Assembly: GCA_949292335.1 (NCBI GenBank)
Contig: CASEYY010000015.1
Span: forward strand, 11,981 to 75,980
Source of the DNA: an uncultured Pseudomonadota bacterium
Lineage (GTDB): Bacteria > Pseudomonadota > Alphaproteobacteria > RF32 > CAG-239
DNA length: 64,000 nucleotides
Direction: 5' to 3'
The position numbers were made by a program, and so were the translations under genes. Positions 55,886 through 64,000 of the stretch are shown here, one piece after another. Each line of letters begins with the position of its first letter. Position 1 is the first letter of the stretch. The notes under the pieces were generated by a model that did no database searches, was not told the DNA's origin, and was given only the letters and a program-made list of their open reading frames with translations.

Positions 55886-56854
55886 ATGAGTTTTACTGTT
55901 TTGGAATCAATCTTGAGACCGCTGTCATATTGGTATGAACAAGATGGTATAGAAGAGTTGGCAATAAATCATGCCGGAGAGGTTTGGTTAAGACTTCGCG
56001 GCAAGAGAGCACATCCGTGGGCCTGTTACAAAGATGAAAAGCTAAGCAAGGAATACTTGACCGATTTGCTTTATATTATTGCCAATACTTACGAGCTGCC
56101 GTTTGATCCGATACAAGGAAACCCGGTTGTATATGCTACCATTCCTGGGGAGCATCGTTTTTCGGCAATATGCGGCAAAAATGTGATGTACGACAATGAT
56201 GATTTGACCGGAGGCATTGCATTGACCATCCGTATTCACGCCGATGATGTGTCTTTCGGGTTAGGCGATTACGGCTTAACGCAAGGAGGTCATTTACATA
56301 AAATAAATCCGCTTAAAGACATCAAAGAGCCGGAGGATCCGTACGAAAGGCTTTTGCTCAGCATCAGACGCGGAGACCACATATTGGTATCTGGTGCGAC
56401 TGCAACCGGAAAGACGACATTTTTAAACAATTTATTGAAGATATTAGACATCAACAAACGAATATTAACCATTGAAGATACACGAGAGCTGATAGTTCCC
56501 CACAAAAACAGAGTGCATATAACATTATCAAGAACGGAGCAAACCAATGCTCTTACATATGCCAAGGTGATTGACCTGGTAGTTCGTTTTACTCCAGATG
56601 CTATTATCGGAGGCGAGATATCCACGAGCAATGCCGGAGCAATATGGGAGTTGATGGGTTCCGGCCACGATAACTGTCTTGCCACCATTCACGCTGAGAG
56701 TTCGGAAGCAGCATATCAAGCGTTTACCGACAGAATTTTGCATACCTATCCAACGATAGATCGCAATAAAACCATAGAAGAAATGCGTCACAAATTAAGG
56801 GTAATTCAGATAAACCGAGACGGTAACCTTCGTGCGGTCACCGAAATAACCTAA
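55886..56854 (+). CDS. virB11: VirB11 ATPase
   Basis: Walker A VSGATATGKTTF, plus RILTIEDTRELI and GHDNCLATIHA (His box); 322 aa. Confidence 0.9.
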   Translation: MSFTVLESILRPLSYWYEQDGIEELAINHAGEVWLRLRGKRAHPWACYKDEKLSKEYLTDLLYIIANTYELPFDPIQGNPVVYATIPGEHRFSAICGKNVMYDNDDLTGGIALTIRIHADDVSFGLGDYGLTQGGHLHKINPLKDIKEPEDPYERLLLSIRRGDHILVSGATATGKTTFLNNLLKILDINKRILTIEDTRELIVPHKNRVHITLSRTEQTNALTYAKVIDLVVRFTPDAIIGGEISTSNAGAIWELMGSGHDNCLATIHAESSEAAYQAFTDRILHTYPTIDRNKTIEEMRHKLRVIQINRDGNLRAVTEIT

Positions 56855-56967
56855 AATATAAAAAATGTGCAAAAACGGCAGATTTTGAGCTGTTTGTTAA
56901 CCCTAAATTTACAAGATTGGAATAAAATATCGCATTATGTGTATATTGCGAGGATATTGGTGCAGTA

Positions 56968-59535
56968 ATGGTGACGGAAACCAACAGAACAACAGAGGCA
57001 AGAAGGAAGGCGTTGCGTAAGGGCGACGAAGATCCTGTTGTTGTAGCTCAAAGGTACCTCAACATATACCGCCAGATGCATATATTGAGCGGGGAAAGAC
57101 GCGAAGCATTCAACAAAATGCTGGTAGCCTTGTCGCCCGATGTAAAGAGCATATTCTCTACTCTTCCCGGCGGAGCGATGCTGCAAGATTATATAGATGA
57201 GCTTACCGGCACCAAGAGCGGGGAAGATGCGGATGATTTTACTCAGTCTCCCTCTCCCGGGGTTGAAACATATGTTCAGCCGCAAGCAACGGCAGGCACA
57301 CCGACGGCACCGATTGCGGCAGTAAGCGGGAAGATAAGCTTTGATAAAGAATTTTCGGCCGAATTCACCAAGATAATAGCCGGACTTTTGCAACAACAAG
57401 CCATCACTCAAAAAGAGAGTTTAGAGAAGGTTATCAAAGATCTTGGGGGCAGCGGAGGGACTTCGAGCGGAGAAAAAGCCGACATAAGTTTAGGTGAAAA
57501 TTTTGCCGCGGATCTCGCCAAGAGCCTTCATCCACTGATGCAATATCAGAGCCAACTCCAAAAAGAAAGTTTGGCTAAGTTGGTGCAGGATATAAGCAAA
57601 ACACAATTATATATAGCCAAAAACATTAAAGAAGGTTATAGCGAGCACCAGCAGGAATTTAAGGAGCTATGCAAAGTAATTGCGGCCAAAAGCTCTTCTG
57701 TTTCATCACCTGCCGGCGGAGAAAATATCAGCGGAATAGATATAAAAGAGCTTTTGCAGACGATATCCGATAATTATCTGAGCATAAGAGAAGACCAAAA
57801 CAAAGAAATAAAAGAGATATGCAATGCAATAACCGAAGGCTTGAAGTCTGGTCGGGATAATAGCTCGTCACCTTCGGAAATTAAAGAGCTTTGCAATGCG
57901 ATTATACAAAGCCAAAAGAGCTTGGGTCAATCGTTAAGCGGAATTAAATTAGCCGACGGAGCGGTCGCTGCCCCGATGCCCGTATATGATGACGGTACTA
58001 CGCAAAAACTTATAGAGGCGGTTATAGAAGGGCAAAAGCAAATAAATTTGCGGCTTGATAAAGTCGAAGAAATGTCTCTAAACAAAGCCAATGACAATAT
58101 CAATCTGATAGAAGCGTTTAAGGCCACGCAAGAAGAACTTTTTAAGAAGTTCGGCAACAATCGGCCAGATTTTACGGAAGGTTCGCAGGCAAGAGAAGAT
58201 AACAGCGAGAAACTGCTTAAGCTAATCAATGATTCACAGGAAAAATTAATTAAAGCGGTTATGTCCTCGGTTTCCGCCAATGGAAGCAATAAAACAGGAA
58301 ACGGCAACGAAACGGTAGCTTCGGTTATGGTTTCGGACAACCAAGAAGCCATTGAGAAATTAATAAATAAAATATCTTCACTTCAAGCCTCCAATGAAAA
58401 AAATCTTGAAAAGGCCATCACCAAAGCGATTGAAGCACAGGGAGAAATTTTCGGCAAATTAAGTAATCGCAAGAACGAGGAGTTGATAGAAACGTTTACC
58501 AGAGGGGTTAAAGAGATATTAACACCCATGCTGGTAACGCAGATTAAGCAAGAAGCAGTTGCCGACATATCAAGGAGTGATCGATTTGCCAGTCCGGCAG
58601 TTGAAAAGAACATATACGAGCCCGCGGCAACGGAAACGGAGCTTAACGGTGATGTGTATGCACAAGAACCGTATGTTCCTGCCGATAATGCTGGTTTAGC
58701 TTCGGATACTACGGCAACAAAGAAAAAGAAGAAAAGTATAGCCGCGGCGGATAGCACAGCAGAGCCACCGGCATCGGCAGTCGAGCCTTTATCTCCTGAC
58801 GATGATTTCACTTTGCCGGCAGAAGATATCGAATATGATGATTTGCCGGAGGTTCCGGCGGCAACGGACTTTGCTGACTATGAAGAACCCCAGACTACTG
58901 AGGGCGACGATTTTAGATACTCCGGGAACACGGATGAATTTGATGTTACTCCTGATGACGCAGTATCTGACGATAATACACCGCTTTCAAATGAGGCGGA
59001 GACAACATCGGAAGCAGCCGATTACTCCTTGTCACAGGCAGACAGTGTGACAGGTAATGATGAAACGGCAGACAGCACCGAGATTGCCCAAGCAGAGGCG
59101 GAGGATGTCAGTGATGATTCCGCAAATACCGGTTTTGATTGGGGCTTTAACACCCAAGATGAAAACAATTCCGATATTGCTGGTTCCAATATATTGATAT
59201 CCGATGATTCAACAGGTGAAGAGGCAAATGATTGGGGCTTCGGCTCTACAGACGAAACAGAGGATATTCAAGCAGATTCCGCCGATTACCCGCAAGCACA
59301 AGAAGATGAAATCTACTCTCCTGCGGATACGGCGGGTAACGATAATTCCGATCAGGATTGGGAATGGGTTTATGTTGAAGACGACGAAGCTGCGGCAGAT
59401 GAATATTCTACTGAGGAAGTAGCGGGGAGCGACATAGGTTTAAATCGGCAGGAAAACATTCCGCAAAAGCTCAAATTACAACAATTTGAAGAAGAAGATT
59501 TCGATCCGTACCAAAATAGTGTTCTAAAAGATTAA
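56968..59535 (+). CDS. 855-aa cytoplasmic-type protein with hyper-acidic C-terminal third, unknown function
   Basis: No signal peptide or TM segment. Internal EIKE(I/L)CNAI repeats. The last ~300 aa are dominated by D/E/T/S (…DDFTLPAEDIEYDDLPEVP…DWEWVYVEDDEAAADEYS…). Confidence 0.5.
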   Translation: MVTETNRTTEARRKALRKGDEDPVVVAQRYLNIYRQMHILSGERREAFNKMLVALSPDVKSIFSTLPGGAMLQDYIDELTGTKSGEDADDFTQSPSPGVETYVQPQATAGTPTAPIAAVSGKISFDKEFSAEFTKIIAGLLQQQAITQKESLEKVIKDLGGSGGTSSGEKADISLGENFAADLAKSLHPLMQYQSQLQKESLAKLVQDISKTQLYIAKNIKEGYSEHQQEFKELCKVIAAKSSSVSSPAGGENISGIDIKELLQTISDNYLSIREDQNKEIKEICNAITEGLKSGRDNSSSPSEIKELCNAIIQSQKSLGQSLSGIKLADGAVAAPMPVYDDGTTQKLIEAVIEGQKQINLRLDKVEEMSLNKANDNINLIEAFKATQEELFKKFGNNRPDFTEGSQAREDNSEKLLKLINDSQEKLIKAVMSSVSANGSNKTGNGNETVASVMVSDNQEAIEKLINKISSLQASNEKNLEKAITKAIEAQGEIFGKLSNRKNEELIETFTRGVKEILTPMLVTQIKQEAVADISRSDRFASPAVEKNIYEPAATETELNGDVYAQEPYVPADNAGLASDTTATKKKKKSIAAADSTAEPPASAVEPLSPDDDFTLPAEDIEYDDLPEVPAATDFADYEEPQTTEGDDFRYSGNTDEFDVTPDDAVSDDNTPLSNEAETTSEAADYSLSQADSVTGNDETADSTEIAQAEAEDVSDDSANTGFDWGFNTQDENNSDIAGSNILISDDSTGEEANDWGFGSTDETEDIQADSADYPQAQEDEIYSPADTAGNDNSDQDWEWVYVEDDEAAADEYSTEEVAGSDIGLNRQENIPQKLKLQQFEEEDFDPYQNSVLKD

Positions 59536-59611
59536 AATAGTGATTTACAAAGCCAAAATGCTCAACTAAATTAATAGAGAGTATTTAAGGAGTTTTGCGA
59601 GGGGTTTTGCT

Positions 59612-60301
59612 ATGGAACCAAACAAAGAGTTTAGCTCTGGCCAGGGTGTCGGCGGTGATACCTGGTATGTTGACAACTATATTTTGCTAAAAGAATATTA
59701 CGATATGACAATTTCTCGTATTGCGGCTCGCTGTGTGCGTCAAGGGAATATTGCCATGGAAGAATATAAATACTATCCGTACATCTTAGATGTTTTGGAG
59801 GAAATAAGCGAAACCGGAGAATATATTTTATCACATCCCGATCTTTTCGGCTATGTCGAAAAAAAGATTGCCGGAGGAGTTAACAGCTTAAAAAAGAATC
59901 TAAAAGAATTCAAATCCGAGCTTGAGCAAAATGCTTCTCCGGATATGATAAAGCAAGACGGCAACGAACTAAATAAAATGAAAGAGGCTTTGGGTGAAAT
60001 AGACAAGTCCGATGATCCGACTTCGGGGGCCGGAATGTCAATGGATGAGGTTATAAATAAGCTAATGAAACAAAATAACATTGAACAAACTCAATATGAG
60101 GATGAGACACCGGCTCCTCAGCCTCGTCCGCAACCGCAAGGGCAGCAGCCTCGTCCGCAACCGCAAGGGCAGCAGCCTCGTCCGCAACCACAGGGGCAGC
60201 AGCCTCGTCCGCAACCACAGGGGCAGCAGCCTCGTCCGCAACCACAGGGGCAGCAACCTCGTCCGCAACCGCAGGGGCAGCAGCCTCGTCCGCAACAATA
60301 A
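59612..60301 (+). CDS. Protein with C-terminal (PRPQPQGQQ)n tandem repeat, unknown function
   Basis: 229 aa with no signal peptide. The C-terminal 60 aa are encoded by the 27-bp tandem repeat. Confidence 0.5.
   Translation: MEPNKEFSSGQGVGGDTWYVDNYILLKEYYDMTISRIAARCVRQGNIAMEEYKYYPYILDVLEEISETGEYILSHPDLFGYVEKKIAGGVNSLKKNLKEFKSELEQNASPDMIKQDGNELNKMKEALGEIDKSDDPTSGAGMSMDEVINKLMKQNNIEQTQYEDETPAPQPRPQPQGQQPRPQPQGQQPRPQPQGQQPRPQPQGQQPRPQPQGQQPRPQPQGQQPRPQQ
60122..60298 (+). repeat. 27-bp tandem repeat, ~6.5 copies
   Basis: CCTCGTCCGCAACC(G/A)CA(A/G)GGGCAGCA(G/A) repeated head-to-tail, with units starting at 60122, 60149, 60176, 60203, 60230 and 60257, plus a partial unit at 60284. Confidence 0.9.
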
Positions 60302-60309
60302 AACCGATT

Positions 60310-61578
60310 TTGATTATGACAATGAGACGCAGTTTTTATATATTAATGATGGCCATGCTTCTGCTTTCCGGTTGTGATTTATCCAAATATTACCATCCGC
60401 AACCGAAAGTCGAACCCCAAGCTCCGAGCTATAATGCTCAAGAGGTTAAAAAAACACCATATCCGACAATTAGGACTCCTAAAGGCGCTAATCGCCTTGA
60501 TTTGGAGACGCCGTACCGTTGTTTTGTCAACTGGAACACCCAAGAAATGATATCAACCATTCCCTATAATTCACAAGCCTTTAGGTTGGTCAGGAATGGC
60601 GAAAACGATGCCCTGCCGAAATTTGAAGTCAATGGTTTTTCTTTTGAAACAATGTCGGCCGAAAAGGCTTTGTTGAAACTAACCAAAGAGGCCGGCATAA
60701 AACTGATTGCTAAGGACGCCCCGTATGCCAGCATTTCTGCCGAAAATCTTAGAGGAAGTCTCACCGATGTTGTTAATATGCTTTGTGATGCCGCCGAAAT
60801 ATATTACACCTATAATTCGGCTAACCAAACCATGCGTATATCTCGCAAAGCCAACTACAGCCTTTATATCCCGCAATCACGAACAATTCTGCTTGCCATA
60901 CTTGATGTTTTACGAGGAGCCGGAATTACGGACTTTACCACAAATTTTGATGACTACAGCATAACTTTTGATGCCGACTTCGAATTGAAAAATCAAATCT
61001 TAAATTTGATAAACTATTTTGAGGAAAATCCGGTACTGTTGGCATATGATGTTAAAGTATTTAACCTATACCCCTACACTCCGGACGGCATAGAATGGCA
61101 ACAAATAATCAAAGCCTTTGAATTCGGGTCAATCAAAAGCAGTCGTAATGGGGTCTTGGGGCGGTTGCTGACCACCTCAAATGATATAAATGTATCGTCG
61201 TTGACAGCCTTTTTAAGCAGACAGGCACGAGTTGAAAGTGTCGGTGAAGGTAAGTTCGTAGTACCCAACTTATGGTTTTCGCGTTTTGATATCGGAAAAT
61301 GTATGAATCAATCCTCGATTTTGGCCAATATGACTTTGCTTGCCAAGGCATCTTTTGAAGAAAACAGTAAGATATATTCAGACATCACCATTGAGGTATC
61401 AAATGGCGAAATAGCCAATTATTCGATACGCAGTAAGCTTGGTGAAAATTTCCTAATCATAGGTCTTCCCAACACGGTATTTAACCCCAAATCGCCACAA
61501 TCGGAAACCATAATAATGGTAGTTCCGCGGGTAATAAAGACTATGAAGACCGATAAAACTCTAAAGAATAATTTGTAA
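60310..61578 (+). CDS. Lipoprotein (422 aa), possibly with secretin-N-like domain
   Basis: Lipobox LLLSGC. The segment FSFETMSAEKALLKLTKEAGIKLIAKD...LRGSLTDVVNMLCDAAEIYYTY is reminiscent of STN/secretin N-terminal modules. No secretin C-domain is present. Confidence 0.35.
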   Translation: MIMTMRRSFYILMMAMLLLSGCDLSKYYHPQPKVEPQAPSYNAQEVKKTPYPTIRTPKGANRLDLETPYRCFVNWNTQEMISTIPYNSQAFRLVRNGENDALPKFEVNGFSFETMSAEKALLKLTKEAGIKLIAKDAPYASISAENLRGSLTDVVNMLCDAAEIYYTYNSANQTMRISRKANYSLYIPQSRTILLAILDVLRGAGITDFTTNFDDYSITFDADFELKNQILNLINYFEENPVLLAYDVKVFNLYPYTPDGIEWQQIIKAFEFGSIKSSRNGVLGRLLTTSNDINVSSLTAFLSRQARVESVGEGKFVVPNLWFSRFDIGKCMNQSSILANMTLLAKASFEENSKIYSDITIEVSNGEIANYSIRSKLGENFLIIGLPNTVFNPKSPQSETIIMVVPRVIKTMKTDKTLKNNL

Positions 61579-61579
61579 G

Positions 61580-62353
61580 ATGGATGGTGTTATTATGGAT
61601 AATCCGCACAACATGGGGCAACCCCGTCTTAAAAAAATAAAAAGACCGATAAACCGCAGTTTGCCGCAGACATCGGCACAACCGATGCCATTGACGCCGC
61701 CGGCAGCACCCGCGGTTTCTCCTCAAGAGGCACCGACCAATCCTTTTAGGGCGGCATCGCCTCAGAGTAATGTCGGTTCGGCGTCTCCGCAAAATCCTAG
61801 GGCTTCCGTGGATTCGTACAATGTTGACAAAGAAATAGAAACCTCAGCCGAGCTCAATGACTATCTTGACGGTAGCAATGTCCCGTCGAGAGATGTTAAT
61901 TCTGGTAATATGTATGATTCTCCGCAATATATTGATGAGGATACATATGAGAGTGAGGTGTATGGTCGCAGCAAGGTAGGAGTTGGTTTGCCGGAGTGGT
62001 TAACGGTCAAGACGCTTTCCTTAATAATGGTTGTTACCCTATTTATCGGAGTTATTATCGGAAAGTTGGTTTTTGCCGAATCAAAAATAGTTCGCAACGG
62101 ATTACAGGGAGTAGTTGTCAATGCCGAAGTTCCCCGCGGGCGAGCACGGTGCGGAATTGCCGAAAGAGCCCAAGGTTGCGTTCTCTACATAATGAATCCG
62201 CAGAGACAGGATATGCGTGCCAAAGATTTTTACGATTTAGCGGCTCAAATGACAGGTCGGCAGCGATTTATGATAGAGACCGGCAATATGCGTTATGCCA
62301 ACAGCAAAATAAGTCCCGGCAACATTGTACAGCTAAACATTCCTCCGCTATAG
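61580..62353 (+). CDS. Bitopic membrane protein with Pro-rich N-terminus, unknown function
   Basis: 257 aa with a Pro/Ala/Ser-rich cytoplasmic N-region, a TM (LSLIMVVTLFIGVIIGKLVF), and a ~85-aa C-domain. It is the last gene before the terminator. Confidence 0.45.
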   Translation: MDGVIMDNPHNMGQPRLKKIKRPINRSLPQTSAQPMPLTPPAAPAVSPQEAPTNPFRAASPQSNVGSASPQNPRASVDSYNVDKEIETSAELNDYLDGSNVPSRDVNSGNMYDSPQYIDEDTYESEVYGRSKVGVGLPEWLTVKTLSLIMVVTLFIGVIIGKLVFAESKIVRNGLQGVVVNAEVPRGRARCGIAERAQGCVLYIMNPQRQDMRAKDFYDLAAQMTGRQRFMIETGNMRYANSKISPGNIVQLNIPPL

Positions 62354-62357
62354 CAAT

Positions 62358-62387
62358 AAAAAAACCGCTCGTCTGAGCGGTTTTTTG
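62358..62387. terminator. Bidirectional rho-independent terminator
   Basis: AAAAAA-CCGCTC-GTCT-GAGCGG-TTTTTT between the convergent T4SS operon and the XRE gene. Confidence 0.8.
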
Positions 62388-62396
62388 AGTTGGTAC

Positions 62397-63368
62397 TTAC
62401 AAACTTATAAAGATAACTTTATGCATTTTGGTAACATCGTCGTTTGAGAGTTTAATTTTCTCATCCGGATTCCATTGCATGCCAAACATATTGCCATTTT
62501 CATCTTCTCTGACGGATATAACTTTTGCTTCATTTTCGCTAATATAGTACACTGCGATATCCCCGACGCTGACCGGCTCCTGAGAATTGACAAACAATAT
62601 GGAGCGAGCAGGCAACAGGTTGCCCAACCTTCTGGTGCAAAGATTCAAGACGTAGCAATCTTTAGCACTTTGTGCATTAAGCGGTGAAGATATTTTTTTG
62701 ACTTCTTCATTAAAGTTAATCAGCAAGTCACCGTTTTTGCCAGCCGTACCGAAGACGGGGATTTTGGGTAATTCCTGTGTTGATGAAACGAAAGAAGCGA
62801 TAGCACCTCTTGGTGTAGAGAGCAATTTATATTTAGCATCGTTTCTTTGGATAATCTCCTCCAAGAAGCCTTTTTCATCCAATTCTTTAATTTGAGCTTT
62901 TAGATCGTCGACGGATACTTTCAAGGCCTTGGCGATATTTTTCATTTCTTTTTCCGAGACTTCTCTTTGTCCCATTTCGATGCGGTGATAAACCGACAAA
63001 GTCATATCGGCATTTTCCGCCACTTCAATCAAGGTAAGATTCTTTTCATTTCGGATTTGTCGTAATCCGGCACCGAGGGTTTTCAAGCCGCTTTTTTCAT
63101 TTATTTTGTTGCGTCTTTCTTGTTCGCGTTTCCATGCGAGCACGATTTCCTGCTGAGAATTTTGCTCATTCACGAAGAGATCCTGTAAGGGGCAATCAAG
63201 AAATTCGGAGACTTTCACCAACTGCTCTTGGTCGACTCTGCGATATCCTTTTTCGATTTTAGAGATAGCTGACAACGACACATTAAGATGGTCAGCCAGC
63301 TCTTGCATTGAGCGACCTCTCAAGCGGCGATACATTCTGATTTGGTTGGGGAAAATAATTTCTTCCAT
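62397..63368 (-). CDS. Dual-HTH XRE-family regulator with CI/LexA-like C-terminal domain
   Basis: Two HTH_XRE units (IRMYRRLRGRSMQELADHLNVSLSAISKIEKG; LRQIRNEKNLTLIEVAENADMTLSVYHRIEMG). The C-terminal ~120 aa have an S24-like pattern (...VSVGDIAVYY...AKVISV...) but no obvious Ser nucleophile. Confidence 0.7.
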   Translation of the reverse strand: MEEIIFPNQIRMYRRLRGRSMQELADHLNVSLSAISKIEKGYRRVDQEQLVKVSEFLDCPLQDLFVNEQNSQQEIVLAWKREQERRNKINEKSGLKTLGAGLRQIRNEKNLTLIEVAENADMTLSVYHRIEMGQREVSEKEMKNIAKALKVSVDDLKAQIKELDEKGFLEEIIQRNDAKYKLLSTPRGAIASFVSSTQELPKIPVFGTAGKNGDLLINFNEEVKKISSPLNAQSAKDCYVLNLCTRRLGNLLPARSILFVNSQEPVSVGDIAVYYISENEAKVISVREDENGNMFGMQWNPDEKIKLSNDDVTKMHKVIFISL

Positions 63369-63497
63369 GATATCTTACCTCATAACAAAGTTGAAATATT
63401 TATCCCAATATTAATACAAGTCATATATTAATCAAGAAAATAGTACAAAAAGGGACAATATGTGTACAAAAAGTCTGTAAAAAAAGTTTTTATTCTG

Positions 63498-63547
63498 AAA
63501 AAAATCAAAAAACTGTAACACTTTATAAGTAATTTATATGTTATGAT
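63498..63547 (+). promoter_or_regulatory. Conserved 50-nt promoter/operator block (copy 2)
   Basis: AAAAAAATCAAAAAACTGTAACACTTTATAAGTAATTTATATGTTATGAT matches 20929-20978 at 46 of 50 positions. It lies between the divergent XRE gene and the 63578 ORF, which has AAGGAGA 7 nt upstream of its ATG. Confidence 0.45.
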
Positions 63548-63577
63548 GATATAAGATTGGGATAAGGAGATAAACAA

Positions 63578-63778
63578 ATGCTGAAAGCATGGGGCTGGAC
63601 AATACTGACACTTTTGCTGTTATTATTTGCGTACAGCATTGATTTATTTGGATTTTTGTCGAGCAATCTATTTATGTGGATGTCCATAGTGGTATTGGTT
63701 GTATCGATTCTGGCAGCATTTTTTATTCTTGGCAATCCTTTTGCAGGGGCTGAAGAAGATGGTGAAAAAAAGGAATAA
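63578..63778 (+). CDS. Small two-TM membrane protein
   Basis: 66 aa with a strong SD and two hydrophobic helices (WGWTILTLLLLLFAYSIDLFGFL / MWMSIVVLVVSILAAFFILG). Confidence 0.5.
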   Translation: MLKAWGWTILTLLLLLFAYSIDLFGFLSSNLFMWMSIVVLVVSILAAFFILGNPFAGAEEDGEKKE

Positions 63779-64000
63779 AATACTGCAAATTATGATAATA
63801 GCGGCCGCGATAGTGATACAGCCGCTGTTTAGCAGTGTTTGTTCGGCGGAAGAACAAGCCACGAAACCCGAAATAAATACGATTAAACCGCAAGATGCTT
63901 GGACGTTTATGAAGGACAACAGTACCGAGTATGAGAGATTTGCCAAGGTTTTTGGGGAAAGCGAAAATGAACTCCCCTCCAATATCATTGAATGCGGTAA
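63759..64000 (+). CDS. Secreted protein, N-terminal fragment (runs off window)
   Basis: Hand translation gives MVKKRNKILQIMIIAAAIVIQPLFSSVCSAEEQATKPEINTIKPQDAWTFMKDN.... It has a signal peptide, overlaps the previous ORF by 20 nt, and is open to the window end. Confidence 0.4.
   Translation, partial: MVKKRNKILQIMIIAAAIVIQPLFSSVCSAEEQATKPEINTIKPQDAWTFMKDNSTEYERFAKVFGESENELPSNIIECG

Overview
This 64-kb window looks chromosomal and comes from a low-GC Gram-negative bacterium. I infer an alphaproteobacterial, Rickettsiales/Holosporales-like host-associated lineage from the YidC N-terminus style, the rvh-like virB8-lipoprotein-virB8-virB9-virB10-virB11 order, and REP-like palindromes; none of this is verified.

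Layout:
- 1-9.9 kb: housekeeping genes. These are yidC-yidD-rnpA-rpmH, a methyltransferase, an acyl-ACP thioesterase, an RNase J-like MBL hydrolase, an SLT transglycosylase, an FGase-family hydrolase, tRNA-Val(GAC) with a tandem partial duplicate, murI, a histidine phosphatase, a cluster of REP-like palindromes and a patatin-like lipase.
- 9.9-20.8 kb (minus strand): an R64/PAPI-1-style type IVb pilus operon. It encodes a PilL/TcpQ-like lipoprotein, a lipoprotein secretin, PilO-like and PilP-like proteins, a GspE-type ATPase, a GspF-type platform and a prepilin.
- 21.0-23.1 kb: a divergently transcribed VirB6/TrbL-like gene.
- 23.0-27.4 kb: a housekeeping wedge (xerD, aroK, mtnN, apt, luxS, ROK kinase).
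- 27.7-62.4 kb (plus strand): a very unusual, greatly expanded VirB-type type IV secretion locus.
- 62.4-64.0 kb: a dual-HTH XRE/CI-like regulator, then further small genes that run off the window.

The T4SS locus is the main finding. Recognisable VirB2, B3, B4, B8 (x2), B9, B10 and B11 domains account for well under a third of its coding capacity. The rest is non-canonical:
- three paralogous VirB2-hairpin proteins, one of them a 1424-aa disulfide-loop coiled-coil giant;
- six secreted coiled-coil or unknown proteins where virB5-7 normally lie;
- a VirB9 with a SPOR-like tail;
- a 1101-aa membrane protein and a 1448-aa VirB10, both built from about 17-aa PDGxVVDxxGNVIGxV repeats;
- an 855-aa hyper-acidic protein and a protein with a slippery 27-bp tandem repeat.

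No VirD4, relaxase or VirB1 is visible in the window. A 50-nt promoter/operator block, identical at 46 of 50 positions, occurs upstream of the VirB6-like gene (facing the pilus operon) and again next to the XRE regulator, which suggests a common regulon. All functional calls rest on motifs read by eye; no database search was possible.
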